Shown here: positions 52,454 through 64,000 of the stretch, in pieces
How the letters are laid out: each line of letters begins with the position of its first letter
How positions within the stretch are numbered: the stretch's first letter is position 1
DNA from: Chrysomallon squamiferum
Taxonomy: Eukaryota > Animalia > Mollusca
NCBI GenBank assembly: GCA_012295275.1
Contig: CM022672.1
Location: forward strand, 26,908,001 to 26,972,000
DNA length: 64,000 nt
Direction: 5' to 3'
Program-made: the position numbers and the translations under genes
Notes under the pieces: model-generated
The model's input: only the letters and a program-made list of their open reading frames with translations
Database searches by the model: none
What the model was told of the DNA's origin: nothing

Positions 52454-55400
52454 ATCATCATTTTCTTCTTCTTTTTTTCCACTTCTTTCTTGAAAGTTAG
52501 AATTCAAATTCTATTTAAGATTTGTATGTAAGGTAACAGCGGAGTCCAATAAAATTTGTTGATGTATTTTTTAGTTTTTATTTTAATAAAAAAAAAAAAA
52601 TTGTAATAACAAGAAGAATAAAAAGAAAACAATGAAAAAAAGATGGATATTTACTGCCCAAATAGTAATAATTTAATAAATGTTATTAAAGCTAAAGAAG
52701 TATTAATATTTATCCAGTTAACAAAATTAATGACATATGAACTGCAACGAGCTTGTTATTTTGAATGATACTTTGTTACTAGCAACAATTGGTTACCAGT
52801 AACGAATGAAATAAAATGTATTTCAGTTATTTATGCGTACAAGAAATATACACTTTAAATAAAAATAATTAATTAAATGTCTTTAATTATCATAATGATA
52901 GTGTGGATGCAGATTATATCTATTATGATTATGATGAAGAAAACGAGTGTTAACAACGAGAAAAAGAAGATGATTATGCTGATTATAAGTAATAATAATA
53001 ATAAAAAAAACTAATGATCTTGTTGTGATGGTGATGACGATACTAAAATACGACCATGTAAAAGATGATAGGCCTAATAACGAAAGTGATGACGTTCTTG
53101 ATGAAAATAATATTAAATTTCTCTTTGTTAATAACAGAAAAAAAATCGGCTCTCATTTTATCAAATTATAGTATAGCCTTTAACGATAAGATTATTTATT
53201 TAGAAAGTTCGATGCTAATGCTGACTTTTCTTCGCAAATAATAACAAGCGGAACAATTTTTTGAAACTTTTTTTTTCTCCTCTTGCTCATTAATTTTGGC
53301 TTCCCGTGTCCTTTGGGATTTCGCCAGCGCGGATCGAAAACACAATTAAAGTAATGATCCCAATTTTTAGACTTTTCAATATTATCTAGTATATCGCATG
53401 TGTCACATTTCTCGCAAATTGTTTATTCTTATCCTACTGTTGCATTGTCTTGCCAATTACGTTCAAAAAGTGCTCGTTACGCCGAGTTTGAAAAAGACCC
53501 TAATTATGGCCCCCAGGTGTCGCTCCAACCAATAGCTCTTGACGTTCAGTCAATATGGCGACTAATTTTGCTCATCGTCGCCCAAACAGTAAATCAAGTG
53601 CAATTCTTTGAAACTAACGAACACAAAATACGTTATAATGAGAGATTATTAGAAAAAGCGAAGGCTACAGATGTGACAAGCCAAGAACATAATCGCAAAC
53701 CTTTTTTTTTTTTCACTTCTTCTTCTTCTTTTCCCCAAGCTTGTGCTGATATTGTTAGTGACATTAAACAAGACTGGTTTACGTCATTCGAATACCCGTT
53801 GACATGTAAGACATAGTCTGCTTTAACTTTGCCGTGAAAGAGTGGGAAGACACGCCACTAATTACATATTTAAAAATGTTTCAAAACAAAAACAGCCTCG
53901 GGAATGACATGCACGAATACGTGATACAAATACACTTTCTTCTGATGCAATAAAGATTCGTTCATTTTTTTAAAATAAACAGTACATCGAATAATTTTTA
54001 AAATTTTGAATTCTGAATGTCAACTATAATTTATAATTCGTCAATTTAGAAAATGTATAACTTCGATTTTATTTATTTATTTATTTATTAGTAGTAGTAG
54101 TAGTAGCAGAAATGTCTTATTTTGAAAACGAAAACAGTAAATAACAGAACATTACGAAAGAAAACTTCTGACAGCTTTCTCTTTTTCGTTTTTTTTTTTA
54201 TTTTTTTTTTTTTAAATTATTTTTCTGTTTTATTTATTTAATTTTATTATTTTATTTTTATTTATTTATTTTTTTTAATGTAATTTTCAAGTTTACGAAC
54301 ATTTTTAAAGTCTATAAATAGCAGACATTTATAAATGTAAGTTAAGTGTTTGAGACAGAAAGAGAAACAAAGCGTGAGATAGAGAATAAAATGGAGAAAG
54401 AAACTAAAAGTGAGACTGAAAGAAAAAAAAAAGAAATGAGAAAGACGTCAGAAAAGCAGATAATAAGATAAAAATAAATACATAAGATGGAGATTTCCTA
54501 TCAAGATAAAACAAAACCTGGACGTACACTTCTGAAGCACTCACTTGATTACTCAGCCTGCCTGACAGATCCATCATGGTTAAGCTTATCATTATACTAA
54601 TAGAGTGCATTAAAAAGGACAAAACATCATTCGTGTGGTCACGTTTGGCTTGCACTAGTCATGCAACAAGACAGGCGATCATTTCAATGGGACCTCAGCG
54701 CTATGGCCTCAACCGCCATAATCAAATCATCGTAGTACGTACGCGATACGAATCAGACAAACGCCTTGCAAATGTTTCCGACTTTAATCTCTTCTGCTTG
54801 TTTTGTCTGCCCTTTTTCGGATGAGACTGGGCAATTGCGTTACAAGCAATTGGCACGGCCGGGAGAGTTGCTTCTCTTTAATAAGGTTAGCATTGATTCT
54901 CTACCGAATTGCCGATTGAACAAGCTTATTAAGGTAATTGACACGGAAAATGACAGACAGAGAATATCCTGATATTAGAAAATTGATGTTTGTAAATTTC
55001 ATTCCTTTCGTGGATCTCTTATCGCGGGCAAGAACGCCCTGGGATATTAACCAATAAAATTTCTGCAATTGAAATTTACATCCTTCCAGAACCGGCGCTA
55101 GGGGCTCGTTTCTCTTTCTTAATGCACTCAGCGTGTCCTCATCCTCCAATTCTGTCCACCAGATATTGACGAGGATCGAGAGGAAAGCGATCATTCTCAA
55201 TTTCTGTCTGTGTAATTGGACACGGGTCCCCAAAGAGGCACTATTACCTAATTACACGAGAAACTTTAGTCATCAAACGGTGCAATGACGGCAGGCCAGA
55301 AAATGAACTTTCTAAATTGGATAACAAAATCCATAGATTTTTTTTTTCTTCTTTCTTTCTTTTTTTTAAAAACTGAAAGTGGATTTTGTAGAGGAGGTAT

Positions 55401-55524
55401 GGGTTATTTTGAAAAATATTTAGACAATAGTATTTAGCAGGAGAAAAGTATAATCATGTGTCGATAGTCAATATATGTTTGTTTTCGTGATATTTTATCT
55501 TTCTTTTATTTGTTTTTCCTTTGC

Positions 55525-55556
<32 letters not shown>

Positions 55557-56514
55557 AATCTTTAGGTTTCATTTGTGTTTAAGAATGAAAAATGATAAAT
55601 ATTTCTAGTCACGAGAAACAAAACACCATAAATGGAATTTTTAAAATTAAATAAAAAAACAAACACATTTGATGAGTTAGAGACAAATATCTAATCAAAA
55701 ACAGTGAGTCTTGAGAGGGAAAAGAAAGAAAGTGATTTAGAGGACTGAAAGAAATAAGAAAATTCGTGAAGGAGAGAGAAAGTTATAAACACGTGATCCT
55801 GCTGAGACAAAAACATCAGAGAAATCGGTAAAGACTCTTGAAGGAGATATTGTGAAAGAACTGTCATCATCATGTCTGTACAAGTAGGATTTAGACACGC
55901 TATGTTAATATAAATTTATGTCCACACCTCATATATTTTAGTACACTTTACATGGTAATCTTAAACTTAATGCGAGGTACAAACAAATATCTTAAATTTT
56001 AAACAGTTCCAAGTGACTGTCGTTTCATAAACCAATGATAAAAAAGACAAAGAAAATGGAACTATACGTGCCTTTTCTCACATCTGTATTTTATTGTCAT
56101 ACTTTATTATTAGCAAATTAAAATAAAACAATGTAGGCATGATGTATTTACAACAGTCAGTAATTATTAGATCTTCTTTCCTGTTATTGTGACATTGGTG
56201 TATGTATTCTTTCAGTTAACATTTATCATAAAAAATATTTTACTTCAAATATTGATTTGTGATTTAATTTATGGATTTAAAAAGTTATAATTCATCTTTA
56301 ATCCTACATTGGGAAAGTCTATACAACAGTTAAACTAATAATAATAATAATAATAATAATAATGATGACATATAAATAAATAATTAATTAATTAACCATA
56401 ACAATAATAATAATAACAATAACAATAATATAATAACAGTATCAACAGTGATACCTTTAAGCATCAGTCAGTGTTTACCTAAGTTTTTTTGTTGTTGTTT
56501 TTTAAAATTTATTA

Positions 56515-56605
56515 TTGTTTTATTTTATTTTATTTTGTTTTGTTTTATTTTGTTTTGTTTTATTTTGTTTTGTTTTATTTTATTTTATTCTATTTTTTTA
56601 TTTTA
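56515..56605. repeat. (TTTTA/TTTTG)n pentanucleotide repeat
   Basis: Directly visible. Confidence 0.9.
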
Positions 56606-57153
56606 TTAACTTTAATTTTAGTTTGTTTGTTTTTCTTGTTATTTTTCATGAATATAAACCACTTTAGAAGACACAGATGTTTAGACTTAGTGTCAAATGA
56701 TTATCTGTACGTTTCTCGTTGATTTTTCCAAACACAAACACAGAAGTTAATCATTATAACTAATGATAATGAACACTATGTGACAACTAACTTTATCAAA
56801 AGGCAATGCACATGTGAACACTGCCTGACAAATCCAGTCCATATTGAACACAAAAGCAAAACTATTACTTCGATTTCTTTCTATTTTTCTTTTTTCTTTT
56901 TCCTAAGAAATTAATTTCTTTTTATTTATTTTTTATTTTATTATTATTTTAATTTTTTATTTTAACCTACATATCATTCTTTCATCTTGAGTCAGTTATT
57001 GTTTATATCTGTGTGTGTGTGTGTGTGTGTGTGTGTTTGTTATACGAAGTAATAACTCTTTTCGATGCCGTACAGTATTAATGATGGATAACTTTTACAA
57101 TCTGTGTACTTCTAACAGAATACGAGTTACGCTTCTTGTTAAAACTACATTTA

Positions 57154-57156
<3 letters not shown>

Positions 57157-57243
<87 letters not shown>
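57157..57243. repeat. (GA)n microsatellite
   Basis: Directly visible. Confidence 0.97.
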
Positions 57244-57245
<2 letters not shown>

Positions 57246-58462
57246 ATTAAACAGTGTTAGAAAAATAATAGTTAACTACCATTAGGTGTTGAGAACAAAA
57301 CAAATTTCATCCTTTCAAATGATAATATTATAATTTAAAAACAAAATATATAAAGATGAAAGCTTGACCTTCACCAAGGCTTCTGTATATAAAAAGTATT
57401 AGTAATTATAATATTAGTTTTATTATTATAAATTTTATTTTATATGTTACTAACTGAAAATTGTAGTCAAAGTTACACTTTAGAACGGCGAAACAGAGAA
57501 AAATAAAATCGGATATCTTCTTCCGAATCTAACTTACACATTTTTTTTTTCCTCGAAAACTTGCGGTTTATCATTTATTTTAGTTTCATCTTTTTGTTTA
57601 ATTTAATCTCTGTCTTGACTGTCACACTCCCACGAAGACGAACCTGAAACGCCCTGCGTCTAAACGTGGCCCTGGGTACCAGTGTTGGTGATGATGATGG
57701 TCTCTGTAATGAAAATGAAAATGATGATAATGACTATAATGATAATGATGACGATAGTGATGAAAGTGATTATAACTGAATGAAAGAATCACGATGGTTA
57801 GAAAATTATAGCTGTCGTTGCCACGTTCTGCACGATATGAATTAAAATATTTTCTCTTATCAAGTCTGTTATTTACTCTTAAAATACAACACTTAAATTG
57901 TCCTACTAACTGATTACTGGATTGTGTTCCGCGTCTCGCTAAAAGGCCAACGTACGCACATTCTTAACCACAGGAAGAAAGGAATACATGATCGGAGTGA
58001 ATGACAGAGATAACTACTACTGTAAATTTATTTATTATCTTTTAACGTGTGATAAAGATTGATATAAAATGACTGCTATAGAATTAAACATTTGTTCGTT
58101 TATTTTATAAATCCTTACATATTAGTCTTTTGTAATAACAATATACACGGATAAAACGTTCAAAAGTTAAGCAATACCTTTACATAATGTTAGCATGTCG
58201 AGTTTAGTAAATGATCCCCCACTGTGCATATAATAATAATAATAATAATAATAATATAAATAATATTTAATGTCTTTTACTTTAATAGGAAAATGCCTTT
58301 AGCAGCTGTACAATTAAAAAATAAATAAATATATAAATAAATAAAAATAATAATATTAATAATAATAATGAAATAAAATACGAACTATACTAACTAATTT
58401 CTTTCAGTAAAAACGTTGTCTGTTTTCTATCATTCATTCTATATTCATTATTTTTATTTATT

Positions 58463-58493
<31 letters not shown>

Positions 58494-58539
58494 GTTGTTG
58501 TTTTGTTTTTTGTTTTTTTGTTTTTTTCTCCAAGATTTT

Positions 58540-58765
58540 CCAGTAAAGTTCAATCACATCCGCCAAAGAGTCACTACAGCATCCTGAAACTCTGCAGCCT
58601 TTGTGGAAGACATGATATCCATGGAATTCTTCAGTCGTGTCATGTATCTTTGGTACAAGGGGTCCCACTGTCTGATAGAGAAACATGGCCAAAGTCTCAG
58701 TAAGCATTAATCGTCTGGACAACAAATTAGACTTGGTCTCCAAACTGATGTCATTTAATGCATGG
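58540..58765 (+). mobile_element. Possible decayed fragment of an RLE-type (HERO/NeSL-like) non-LTR retrotransposon zinc-finger region
   Basis: A GC-richer patch translating CSLCGRHDIHGILQSCHVSLVQG (58593-58661), then in the +1 frame HGQSLSK (58684-58704). This resembles the CxxC...HILxxCxxxLxQGRYxWRHxQVL motif of these elements. Confidence 0.4.
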
Positions 58766-60221
58766 CTAAAAAAAACAAAACAAAAAAACAAGGGGAAAAA
58801 AACTGCTGCTACTTCAAATTACAAAGATTTACACCTTTGCACATCTACAGTAATCTCTAATTGATTTGTATTTTTTTTTTTTTTTTTATTTTAAAGCCAT
58901 TGTCATACTAAATATAACCACATTTTTGGTATTTTACCCATGCAGGAAGAGGACCGTTGTACCATGTACAGAAATAAAATAATATAAAGCAAGATATCCT
59001 TCATGAAAGTTGATTTTAGCTTTGTGTTTAGAGATGCTTTGTTTCTCATGATTAATTATTGTTTGTTCGCTCGATATATATTTAACTATTCCAAACACTG
59101 CCTATAGAATAATATTTCAAAATTGCAAGCGACAATTCAAATAAAGGAATGTAACGTATAATGTATTTGTCCTATTCTGTACAAAAGAAACAAAAACAAA
59201 AAACACGCCGCATTTTTTAAAGAATCCCTACCCAAAATAATTACATATTTTTAATGAAGGATAAGTGCCAGAAAGATAATAACCGGTCCTCAAATTTATT
59301 ATTTTGATATGGTCCTACAAGAAAGGAGGAAAAGAACGAAGTACATAAATAGACTGGTCATGCAACCGCGATTACACGATGTAGAAGTTGTTTATGGTAC
59401 ACCTCTTGCTGTAGCAGTCTATTAATTGTGAGTCGAGAATGGTGTTGTCTTCGATGTTTAATATATTTTGCAAATAAAAAAAATCAGATAAACTTGTACC
59501 AAATAAATAATAAAGGACTACTTGAAATATCAGCAATTATTTTACATAATGTTTACTGAATCTTCTAATCTTATTATTAAGAAATATATGAAACTACCAG
59601 TTTCGAAGTAGCCACTTTAGTCACAAATTAGTGCACCACTGACAAATTTGACTTTTTCAACTGTTTGAAGTATTTTTGTAAATAAGCTGTTGGCTATGAA
59701 ATCATTTGTTTTTGGTTAATTTGTGATTATCTAACGTTTTCACTCCTACAGATCTGACATTTATTTTACACTTTTGTAACATAATTAAGATTCCTTGGGA
59801 CTTGTGACACTGACAGTGGACACGGTGACAGTATTCATAATATTAATATGACAATAATCATAGTTAGATCAGTAATTAGTTAAAAGAAAATAGTTACTAA
59901 AGAATAAATAAATAACATCTGTCTGCAGATAATGAGATAAACTGTAATATATTATTACAAACTATTTTTAATAAACCTTAAAATTACAATTGGGCAATTA
60001 ATGCCATTTCTTTTTACGTATTAATGATATTTTCACATGTATGAGAGTATATTTTTTTCTTAATATATATCATTTATAGTTTAAAATGTGAACCATTCCA
60101 ATACTTAGTAGAGTAGTTTCATATCTTATAGCTAACTGTAGCATATATATCATTTTATTTTTATAGTCTGTGCCAGATAATCAGAATGCTAACATAAACA
60201 ACATAGCAGTCTTCATTCATC

Positions 60222-60313
60222 ATGAATCTGCTACCTCAGAATCACACAGAGTTCCTTTCTCCAGAATACTGGGACAAATTTTTTAAGAAAAGAGGAGCAA
60301 AAGCATTTGAATG
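60222..60313 (+). CDS. METTL13: METTL13 (eEF1A lysine and N-terminal methyltransferase) coding exon 1
   Basis: Encodes [31 protein letters not shown], matching the METTL13 N-terminus (MNLLP...YW.KFF..RG.KAFEW). Donor TG|gtaaaa. The upstream acceptor tttttatag at 60166 suggests an additional non-coding first exon. Confidence 0.95.
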
Positions 60314-60847
60314 GTAAAACTAGTTGCATTCTGCTTGTATAAGCAATCTGTTTGTTTCAGATTTTAGAATATTTTTTGAATTTTTTTCTTTTCTTTTGTT
60401 TTTTAAATTTAAAATTTACTATAAAATTATTGTAGAAAGGTCACCACAAGCATTTTAAAATGTTACTGGTTTTGAATATTTGCATATAAAAAAAATCCAT
60501 TACATATAAGTGATAAGCATAATGATGAAACATTGACAGCATTCATTTCTGATGACTGCCTTTACAATACAAAATATAAAATAATTAATATTTTGTCTTT
60601 GGTAAATAACATAATACTGAATAGTCACTGAAAATTTAAATACTCATTCATTTGTGTTTTTCTGTGGTGAATTAAATATTTTTGGTCACATTAAATGCTG
60701 TGTCAAATTCAGATATTTTGATTATCGAGTTATACATTATATTTTGTTCCATTAAATACATATTTTTGTCTTGGGTCCTTAATATTTTTTTTATATATAT
60801 TAAATAATATAATGTCAAATTCACGTATTTAATGTTTTATTTTCAAG

Positions 60848-61076
60848 GTATGGTGACTATCCCCAGCTTTGTGGAGTTCTACACAAATGTATAAAACCTC
60901 AGGATAAGATTCTTGTTGTGGGCTGTGGTAATTCACAACTCAGTGAAAATATGTATGATGTTGGCTACACAAACATGGTCAACATTGACATCAGCAGCAT
61001 TGTCATTCGACAGATGAAAGAAAGAAACCAAACCAAACGACCATTGATGTCTTTCAAGAAAATGGATGTCATGCAG
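60848..61076 (+). CDS. METTL13: METTL13 coding exon 2 (SAM-binding motif I)
   Basis: Acceptor ttttcaag|G TAT and donor CAG|gtattt. Encodes [49 protein letters not shown]...KMDVMQ. Confidence 0.96.
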
Positions 61077-61627
61077 GTATTTATGTAGACTTGTATTTGA
61101 TATTTGTGCACCAGTTTAATGCTTTGTGGCTGAAACAGTTAGTTAACTGTACATATATTTCACATTCAACATATTTATTTTTATGTATACATTTAAAATA
61201 TGTCCTATTACAAAATATTTAAAAAATTAAAATAACTATTGTAGATTTGTTATATTTCAAGAAAAAAATAAAATTTTATATCCAAATTGTTGTCCTCTTT
61301 AAATTAAATCTTTGAATTATGTGCACTAGAAAACATGAATAGTGATTATTTAGTTTAATTACATATTTTGCTGCTGATAATCTATTTTTCAAATGAAATA
61401 TTCCTGCATATGATATTTTTAATAGTATAGGAAAAATTTCATATTCTAAAAAGAAAGTTGTTCTTAATAAACATCTTTTTTTTCTCTCATTTTCTTCATT
61501 TTTATTTCTTTTATTTTTATTATTTCATTAATATTTTATTCCAAATTCCCTTTTTATTATTGAATTAAAAAAATAAATGTTAAAATATTACAGTTTTATA
61601 TAGGAAGGAAAATTATTTTTCTTATAG

Positions 61628-61836
61628 ATGTCCTTTACTGATGAGGAATTTTCTGTGGTTCTTGACAAAGGCACCCTGGATGCGCTGATGGTTGACAGCA
61701 GTGATGATGTCACTGCCAGTATTGACAAAATGTTTTCAGAAGTAAATCGAGTGCTGCGACCATGTGGACGTTATGTCTGCATTTCCCTGATGCAGGATCA
61801 CATCCTGAAAAAAATTGTGTCTTATTTTGTTGATCT
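61628..61836 (+). CDS. METTL13: METTL13 coding exon 3
   Basis: Acceptor cttatag| and donor CT|gtgagt. Encodes MSFTDEEFSVVLDKGTLDALM...EVNRVLRPCGRYVCISLMQDHILKK, including the DKGTLD motif. Confidence 0.96.
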
Positions 61837-62145
61837 GTGAGTCTGTTTCATCTTTTTTATTTTTAGTAGTAAATAAAGTGAAATTAGTTTCTCTTTAGAT
61901 TAATATCATATGACATACTTTGATGTCTATAAAGAATGTAATTATACAACAGAAAATATGCACACATACATAACTGAATAACATGTACACATAAACATTC
62001 CTATTTGCGTACAGACATTAATATAAACAATATCACAATTGTAATTTAATAACTTTTTGGTTTATATACCTCTAAGATAAGGAACACATCTGCTAATAGT
62101 AATTAATTTTATAACAAAGAATCTGTGATGTTTTTTTCCCCTCAG

Positions 62146-62269
62146 TGGCTGGCCAATTAGGATTCACAAATTGCCAACTGAAAAACACACAGGACATGAA
62201 AAAGAATTTCAACTTCCAGTCTTTGCATTTATGGCAACAAAATTTAAGAAAATGCCAAATATGAAACAG
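62146..62269 (+). CDS. METTL13: METTL13 coding exon 4
   Basis: Acceptor tttcccctcag|T and donor CAG|gtaagt. Encodes GWPIRIHKLPTEKHTGHEKEFQLPVFAFMATKFKKMPNMKQ in frame. Confidence 0.93.
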
Positions 62270-62480
62270 GTAAGTAATACATACCCAGCATTTCCATAAA
62301 ATAAAATTTTAAAATGTTTATAATATCTGCATTATGTTAAAATTTACCATCTTTATAGTAATAAAAGTGAAAACTGAAATGTTGATATCAGTATATATTG
62401 TTTTACAGTATTCTAATATAACCATACAGGCTAAAATATGAAGGTGGAGAATATCATTTTAATATTTTTTTTAATTCCAG

Positions 62481-62599
62481 ATATTGGAGATTTCAGGTTC
62501 TGAAAATAAAGTGGATCGAGTGGATAGTTCTGAAAAACTGATATCAGTAATAAAAGAGATGCAGTACTACGCAATAATCAGACAGCAGTTATCTCAACG
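62481..62599 (+). CDS. METTL13: METTL13 coding exon 5
   Basis: Acceptor ttaattccag| and donor CG|gtattt. Encodes ILEISGSENKVDRVDSSEKLISVIKEMQYYAIIRQQLSQR; phases are consistent with both neighbours. Confidence 0.9.
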
Positions 62600-62725
62600 G
62601 TATTTTCTTTATTTTGTTTTGTACAGTTATAAATTAATCCTTTCAAATTTGTCTTCATTTTATGATTGTAATAAGAAGAATTGGTTTTAACTAATTCTTT
62701 CATTATTCTCTCTCTCGCTCTCTCT

Positions 62726-62759
<34 letters not shown>

Positions 62760-62867
62760 CTTTATTTTGCTCTTAATGTCATAACCTCCAAATCATTCTA
62801 TTTTCAGTAATGATAAATAATATCTTTTAAAATAAAATATTTTAAATTAAACTTTTTATTTTGTCAG

Positions 62868-63002
62868 TAAGGTGTGTGGAGAACAGCCAGTTCTCTGTCT
62901 GTACAGTGATGTGTCCAGTTCACCTAGGTACACTCTGTACATTGTCGACAGTGAAAACAAATGTGCCAACAAGTTTGCAATATTTATTGCTCCTGAAGGA
63001 AG
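62868..63002 (+). CDS. METTL13: METTL13 coding exon 6
   Basis: Acceptor ttttgtcag|T and donor AG|gtgggt. Encodes KVCGEQPVLCLYSDVSSSPRYTLYIVDSENKCANKFAIFIAPEGR (PRYTL..VD and FAIFI.P.GR motifs). Confidence 0.93.
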
Positions 63003-63321
63003 GTGGGTAATCATCATTTTGAATTCTAACGTTGATGATCCCAGGCTAGATATGTTGATATGTATGTGATTTGAAGTTTTTGTGTGCAATTATAAATGTG
63101 TGAAAGTAAACATATACATAGACATGCCCCAAAATGTTGAACTGAATTAGACATCTTACATATTAAAAGTTAATGTGTTTTTTTAACATATAGCACAAAA
63201 TTTTGGGTTTTAACTTTTATAAAATCCCACTAAATTTTGGAGTTGTGAACAATTTTGTTTTCTTCTTCTCTGCACTGGTTTATATACTTACGTTGACTGT
63301 AAATACTGGTTTGTGTTTCAG

Positions 63322-63508
63322 AGAGTCAGACTGGATATTCAGCACAGAAACCGGTCGTCTGGAGCTGTCAGAGAGTGCTGGGTTTCAGCGTCTCATCATC
63401 GTCACTCTGAACAGAAACCACGTTTATAAAGATCTTGACTCCATTAAGGCTGAACTGTCTGAGAAGGTCATGGAACTTGTTCCACCATCATTCAAAGAAG
63501 GTGTTCAG
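63322..63508 (+). CDS. METTL13: METTL13 coding exon 7 (gene continues beyond the window)
   Basis: Acceptor gtgtttcag|A and donor CAG|gtatac. Encodes ESDWIFSTETGRLELSESAGFQRLIIVTLNRNHVYKDLDSIKAELSEKVMELVPPSFKEGVQ. The C-terminal methyltransferase domain is not in the window. Confidence 0.94.
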
Positions 63509-64000
63509 GTATACAGATATTTTTTATTTGTTTAATGTTCTGTTTTCTACTAAACTGTTCTCTGTCATCAATGACAGATTATACATTGCTTCCCTTAGAT
63601 CTGGGACTTCGCTATATTTGGCATACATGTAACAGTATTATATAGATCAGGACCTCTTTCTACTTGGCATTGGCAATTTATATACATTTTTTAAAAATTT
63701 TGTTTACAAAGTAAATTTCAAATTCTTTGTAAATGTTAAAATTTGATTTGCATTTTCTCCTGTATAATCTGGTATTAGTCTGTGCATGTGCAATTAAAAC
63801 ATATCAATATGTGCAAAAATTAATCCATCAACATTTTATCTCCCCAACAGTTAATAATATATCTGTTATTATGAAAAATCCCTGCACTGTCTTAAATTTT
63901 GCTTATCATTAAATACATATAAATTTGTCTTTTTTTTTTGTTAAGTTGTTTTGTATTTATTTTATTTTTTTAAATGGTTTAAATACTATTTTTATTATCT

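Noticed and set aside
53400-55233. ORFs 53400..53816 (140-codon class) and 54901..55233
   Set aside because: No homology recognised; they overlap TAAT-rich regulatory-looking islands.
60522-60620. C/D snoRNA-like boxes (ATGATGA ... CTGA) in METTL13 intron 1
   Set aside because: No terminal stem and no recognisable rRNA-complementary guide; such boxes are common in AT-rich DNA.

Overview
This is AT-rich, microsatellite-dense animal genomic DNA, most likely an invertebrate and possibly a gastropod mollusc (inferred from repeat content only). It holds two spliced genes arranged head-to-head. (1) A complete LMO4-type LIM-domain-only gene lies on the minus strand. Its four coding exons (42273-42312, 33699-33975, 11166-11403, 4206-4214) join in frame through GT-AG introns of about 8.3, 22.3 and 7.0 kb into a 187-aa protein with two LIM domains, followed by a probable 3.6 kb 3' UTR ending near 560. 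(2) The first seven coding exons (365 codons) of METTL13/eEF1A-KNMT lie on the plus strand from 60222 and run off the window end, with short introns and strong CpG depletion. The LMO4 introns and the intergenic spacer alternate AT-rich or microsatellite filler with GC-richer islands full of homeodomain-type motifs, as expected around a developmental regulator. The most notable observations are a MITE-sized element resembling mammalian MER2 (Tigger), a candidate internal LMO4 promoter with a non-coding first exon, a duplicated bipartite enhancer-like module, sites for both miR-9 arms in the LMO4 3' UTR, complementary microsatellites in the last intron, a near-perfect 65-nt hairpin, and a decayed HERO/NeSL-like retrotransposon zinc-finger fragment. 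Nearly all other ORFs in the track are microsatellite or chance ORFs. No rRNA, intact tRNA, CRISPR array or convincing novel multi-gene system was seen. Comparisons to known sequences are from memory and need database confirmation.
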